From an uncultured virus (IMG/VR IMGVR_UViG_3300037067_004637) (lineage: Duplodnaviria > Heunggongvirae > Uroviricota > Caudoviricetes), in IMG/VR virus record IMGVR_UViG_3300037067_004637: 64,000 bases of DNA; one strand, given 5' to 3'. Under the pieces are notes generated by a model, which had not been told where the DNA came from, searched no databases, and saw only the letters and a program-made list of their open reading frames with translations. The position numbers and the translations under genes were made by a program. Shown in pieces: positions 61,521 to 64,000 of this stretch. How positions within the stretch are numbered: position 1 is the stretch's first letter; each line of letters begins with the position of its first letter.

Positions 61521-61991
61521 TTAAGCTGTTGAAGACAAACCAACAGTTAAATTTGATACACCACCTGAACCATTACAATAATATAATGTTATAGTACCAG
61601 AATCAGAAGTAGAACCAATTCTTACAATATATATTGAACCATTTCCACCAAAATTACCATTTCCTAATGAAGCATTAGCCGAAAAATTAGCTAATAAAAA
61701 ATTAGAACTTCCTGTTTTACTATAATACCAACCAGTATTTGTTGTTATTGTTATGATTTTAGTGGAGTAATCATTATGAGGCCAATATAAAGATGTTGGT
61801 GTTCTTGAAAAACTTGCAGATAAACCAGAAAAAGATGAAAATTGTTTAGGATTAGTTGTATCATTAATAGTATTAGCAAGTTGATTTAAACTAATATTAA
61901 CAACTGGCCCAATAGTACCCCACAAATTATATATAATAGAACCACTTAATGATGAAGTTCCTACTCTAATATTACTTGTACTTATAGCCAT
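61521..61991 (-). CDS. Small Ser/Thr/Gly-rich virion protein
   Basis: MAIS start, beta-rich composition, TAATATATA upstream. Confidence 0.5.
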   Translation of the reverse strand: MAISTSNIRVGTSSLSGSIIYNLWGTIGPVVNISLNQLANTINDTTNPKQFSSFSGLSASFSRTPTSLYWPHNDYSTKIITITTNTGWYYSKTGSSNFLLANFSANASLGNGNFGGNGSIYIVRIGSTSDSGTITLYYCNGSGGVSNLTVGLSSTA

Positions 61992-62111
61992 ATAAAAATA
62001 GTAATGTTTTTTAAATATATATTAAAAAATAAAATAATCTTTTTGTTTTTTAAATCTGTCTATAAAAATTTAATATATAATAAAAAGTATATAAAATAAT
62101 TTTTTTAATCA

Positions 62112-64000
62112 ATGATAAATAAAAGTTTTCAAATTTTAAGAACTAATCCATTATTAACAACAAATTATAAGATAGTAATTTCATCTGATTATAAACTATA
62201 TCTTGAAAGTTTTGATAGTAACAAACAGTTAAGTGATACTAAATATAAACATGTTATAGTAAATAAAGATGATTTATTAGAAAATATAATTTATAAATTT
62301 TACGATAAATTACCAGTAAACATAGCATATGATGTTAAGTATGATAGTGATAATAATATAATGTATTCAAATTTTGATAATCAATTTGATGATATTTATT
62401 ATTCAGGTGCTAAGAATGTTGAAGATCAATGGTATAATGAAGAATTTGAATATTTTGCTCCTTTGTATATAAGACCAGATAATATACCATCTAATTTTGT
62501 AATATTAAGAGTTGATGAACCAGCTATTTATAAATTAAGAGGTGAAAAATATAAAATAGAAAATTTAAATAAAGAAAATTTCAGAAGTGAATTAATAGAT
62601 AAATGGAAATGTGTAAATGTTTTTAATTTAACAAAAACATCTGATTTAGGTGTATTTTTAACAAATAATTATGTAGAAAATTTAAGATTTCCAAAAAAAG
62701 TGTTTGATTTAGATATCAAGAAATATAATTTTTCAAGATGGTATGGTATGGATTATAATAGTGGAGTTTACACAGAAAAATCTTTATTACTTGATGATAA
62801 ATTATATTATGAAAATCCTGATTTCAATTTAGAAAGTTATATTTCAACTGGATATAGGGATAATAAACTTATATTTCCAAGCATTTTAAATTTAAAATTT
62901 TTATTTGATGATATACCTGCAACAGCAGATGTTATAAACAAATGGTCGTTAAATAGATATTATGGTTTTTATACAGAAAGTTTAGAAAGTGTTAATAATT
63001 TAACAACATATGTAACACCAACATTAAAGAATAATATTAAATTAATAAATAATATTTTTATTAAAGTTGGAACATCAAGTGAAAATATAAATCCTTTTGT
63101 TGAAAATTGGAATACTAATAATGTATATTTTATTTATGTTGATAATAATTTATATAAGGTTGAAAGATATTCAGAAAATAATAATTATGTATATAAAGTT
63201 ATAAGTGATAAAAAATTAGATAATATATTTGATGTAAGTTCTGTTTATGATAATACAGTAACAATAGTTTATGATGATGTTAATAAAAGAAATAATATTG
63301 TTAGTAAAAATAATAATCTTTTAATTGATGAATTTGTTGATAAATCTGGTATTACTGATAGTATGTATGCTGATTTATATTTAATAAAAATTAATGGAAA
63401 TTATCATGTTATTAAAAATGATAAAACAACAGTAACAGATGAATATGGTAATATAGTACAATATATTAATAATTATTATATTCAAACAGATTATGCTATA
63501 AATTCCAATAATGAAATACTTGAATATTGGATAGGTGGAAAAACGTCTGAATATTATAAAAAATATGAAGTTTATAATAAAAATGATAAAAATAAATTAC
63601 CTTTAATTTATACTATTTATAGAATAAAATTCTCTGACATAAAAGATTTTGATTTTGATAGAGTTAATACACATTTTTCAGATTTTGAATATGAAACATC
63701 AGAATTTAAAAATACAGAAGAAATTAAATTATATGCTACAGAATATAGAGATATAAGCATACCAAAAAGTTATAAAATAAATGAAAAAGGTGAAGATGGT
63801 CAATATAAAGTAAAGAATGTTTCATCTGAATATATTTCAACTGATGAACTTTTTGAAATAAAAGATAATGATTTGTCTGATATTTGGCGAAAAAATCAAT
63901 CTATTTGTAAATGGGGATATCAAAATTCTATAAGTCATAATGATTATCCATATAAATTAAATAATAGTTTAAAAACTGGAAATGTTTATAATAAAACAAC
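62112..64000 (+). CDS. Large virion protein (partial, runs off window end)
   Basis: ATG 62112: MINKSFQILRTNPLLTTNYKIV...; absent from the ORF track, consistent with no stop before the window end; TAATATATA at 62071. Confidence 0.7.
   Translation, partial: MINKSFQILRTNPLLTTNYKIVISSDYKLYLESFDSNKQLSDTKYKHVIVNKDDLLENIIYKFYDKLPVNIAYDVKYDSDNNIMYSNFDNQFDDIYYSGAKNVEDQWYNEEFEYFAPLYIRPDNIPSNFVILRVDEPAIYKLRGEKYKIENLNKENFRSELIDKWKCVNVFNLTKTSDLGVFLTNNYVENLRFPKKVFDLDIKKYNFSRWYGMDYNSGVYTEKSLLLDDKLYYENPDFNLESYISTGYRDNKLIFPSILNLKFLFDDIPATADVINKWSLNRYYGFYTESLESVNNLTTYVTPTLKNNIKLINNIFIKVGTSSENINPFVENWNTNNVYFIYVDNNLYKVERYSENNNYVYKVISDKKLDNIFDVSSVYDNTVTIVYDDVNKRNNIVSKNNNLLIDEFVDKSGITDSMYADLYLIKINGNYHVIKNDKTTVTDEYGNIVQYINNYYIQTDYAINSNNEILEYWIGGKTSEYYKKYEVYNKNDKNKLPLIYTIYRIKFSDIKDFDFDRVNTHFSDFEYETSEFKNTEEIKLYATEYRDISIPKSYKINEKGEDGQYKVKNVSSEYISTDELFEIKDNDLSDIWRKNQSICKWGYQNSISHNDYPYKLNNSLKTGNVYNKT

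Noticed and set aside
1..64000. Stop-codon reassignment (as in some jumbo and crAss-like phages)
   Set aside because: Long conserved genes (topoisomerase, helicase, ThyA, virion proteins) are uninterrupted in the standard code and coding density is already high
1..64000. Eukaryotic giant virus (NCLDV) origin, suggested by ankyrins and the fused topoisomerase
   Set aside because: T4-like baseplate wedge, S74 tail fibre, bacterial lipoproteins, intrinsic terminators, overlapping operons and Bacteroidota promoter boxes indicate a bacteriophage

Overview
Very AT-rich, gene-dense segment of a large T4-like (myovirus-type) jumbo phage genome, read in the standard code. The host is probably a Bacteroidota, based on TAnnTTTG promoter boxes, SPII lipoproteins with an acidic export signal and Bacteroidota-style secreted proteins. 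Recognisable genes include a baseplate wedge, a tail fibre with an S74 chaperone domain, other large virion proteins, ThyA, dNMP kinase, a single-chain type IIA topoisomerase, a DinG-like helicase, a soluble AAA+/M41 protease, two glycosyltransferases (one with a LAGLIDADG intein), three free-standing homing endonucleases, a response-regulator receiver, NADAR, CYTH, GNAT, a nucleotidyltransferase and a lysozyme-like enzyme. Main unexplained signals: (1) about 30 unrelated small or medium ORFs share a C-terminal R-x-x-K-[LI]-x-x-[IL] tag; (2) a non-overlapping set of about 15 ORFs, including five ADP-ribosyltransferase-like proteins, share an N-terminal leader resembling the T4 capsid-targeting sequence; (3) two tandem, separately promoted, structured non-coding RNAs at about 41.0-41.8 kb share a 20-nt motif; (4) an orphan IS200/IS605 omega-RNA-like element has no tnpB; (5) there is a miniature capsid-protein paralogue and an actively expanding array of KOW/SH3-like mini-genes. 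All calls come from motif reading only; no database searches were run.
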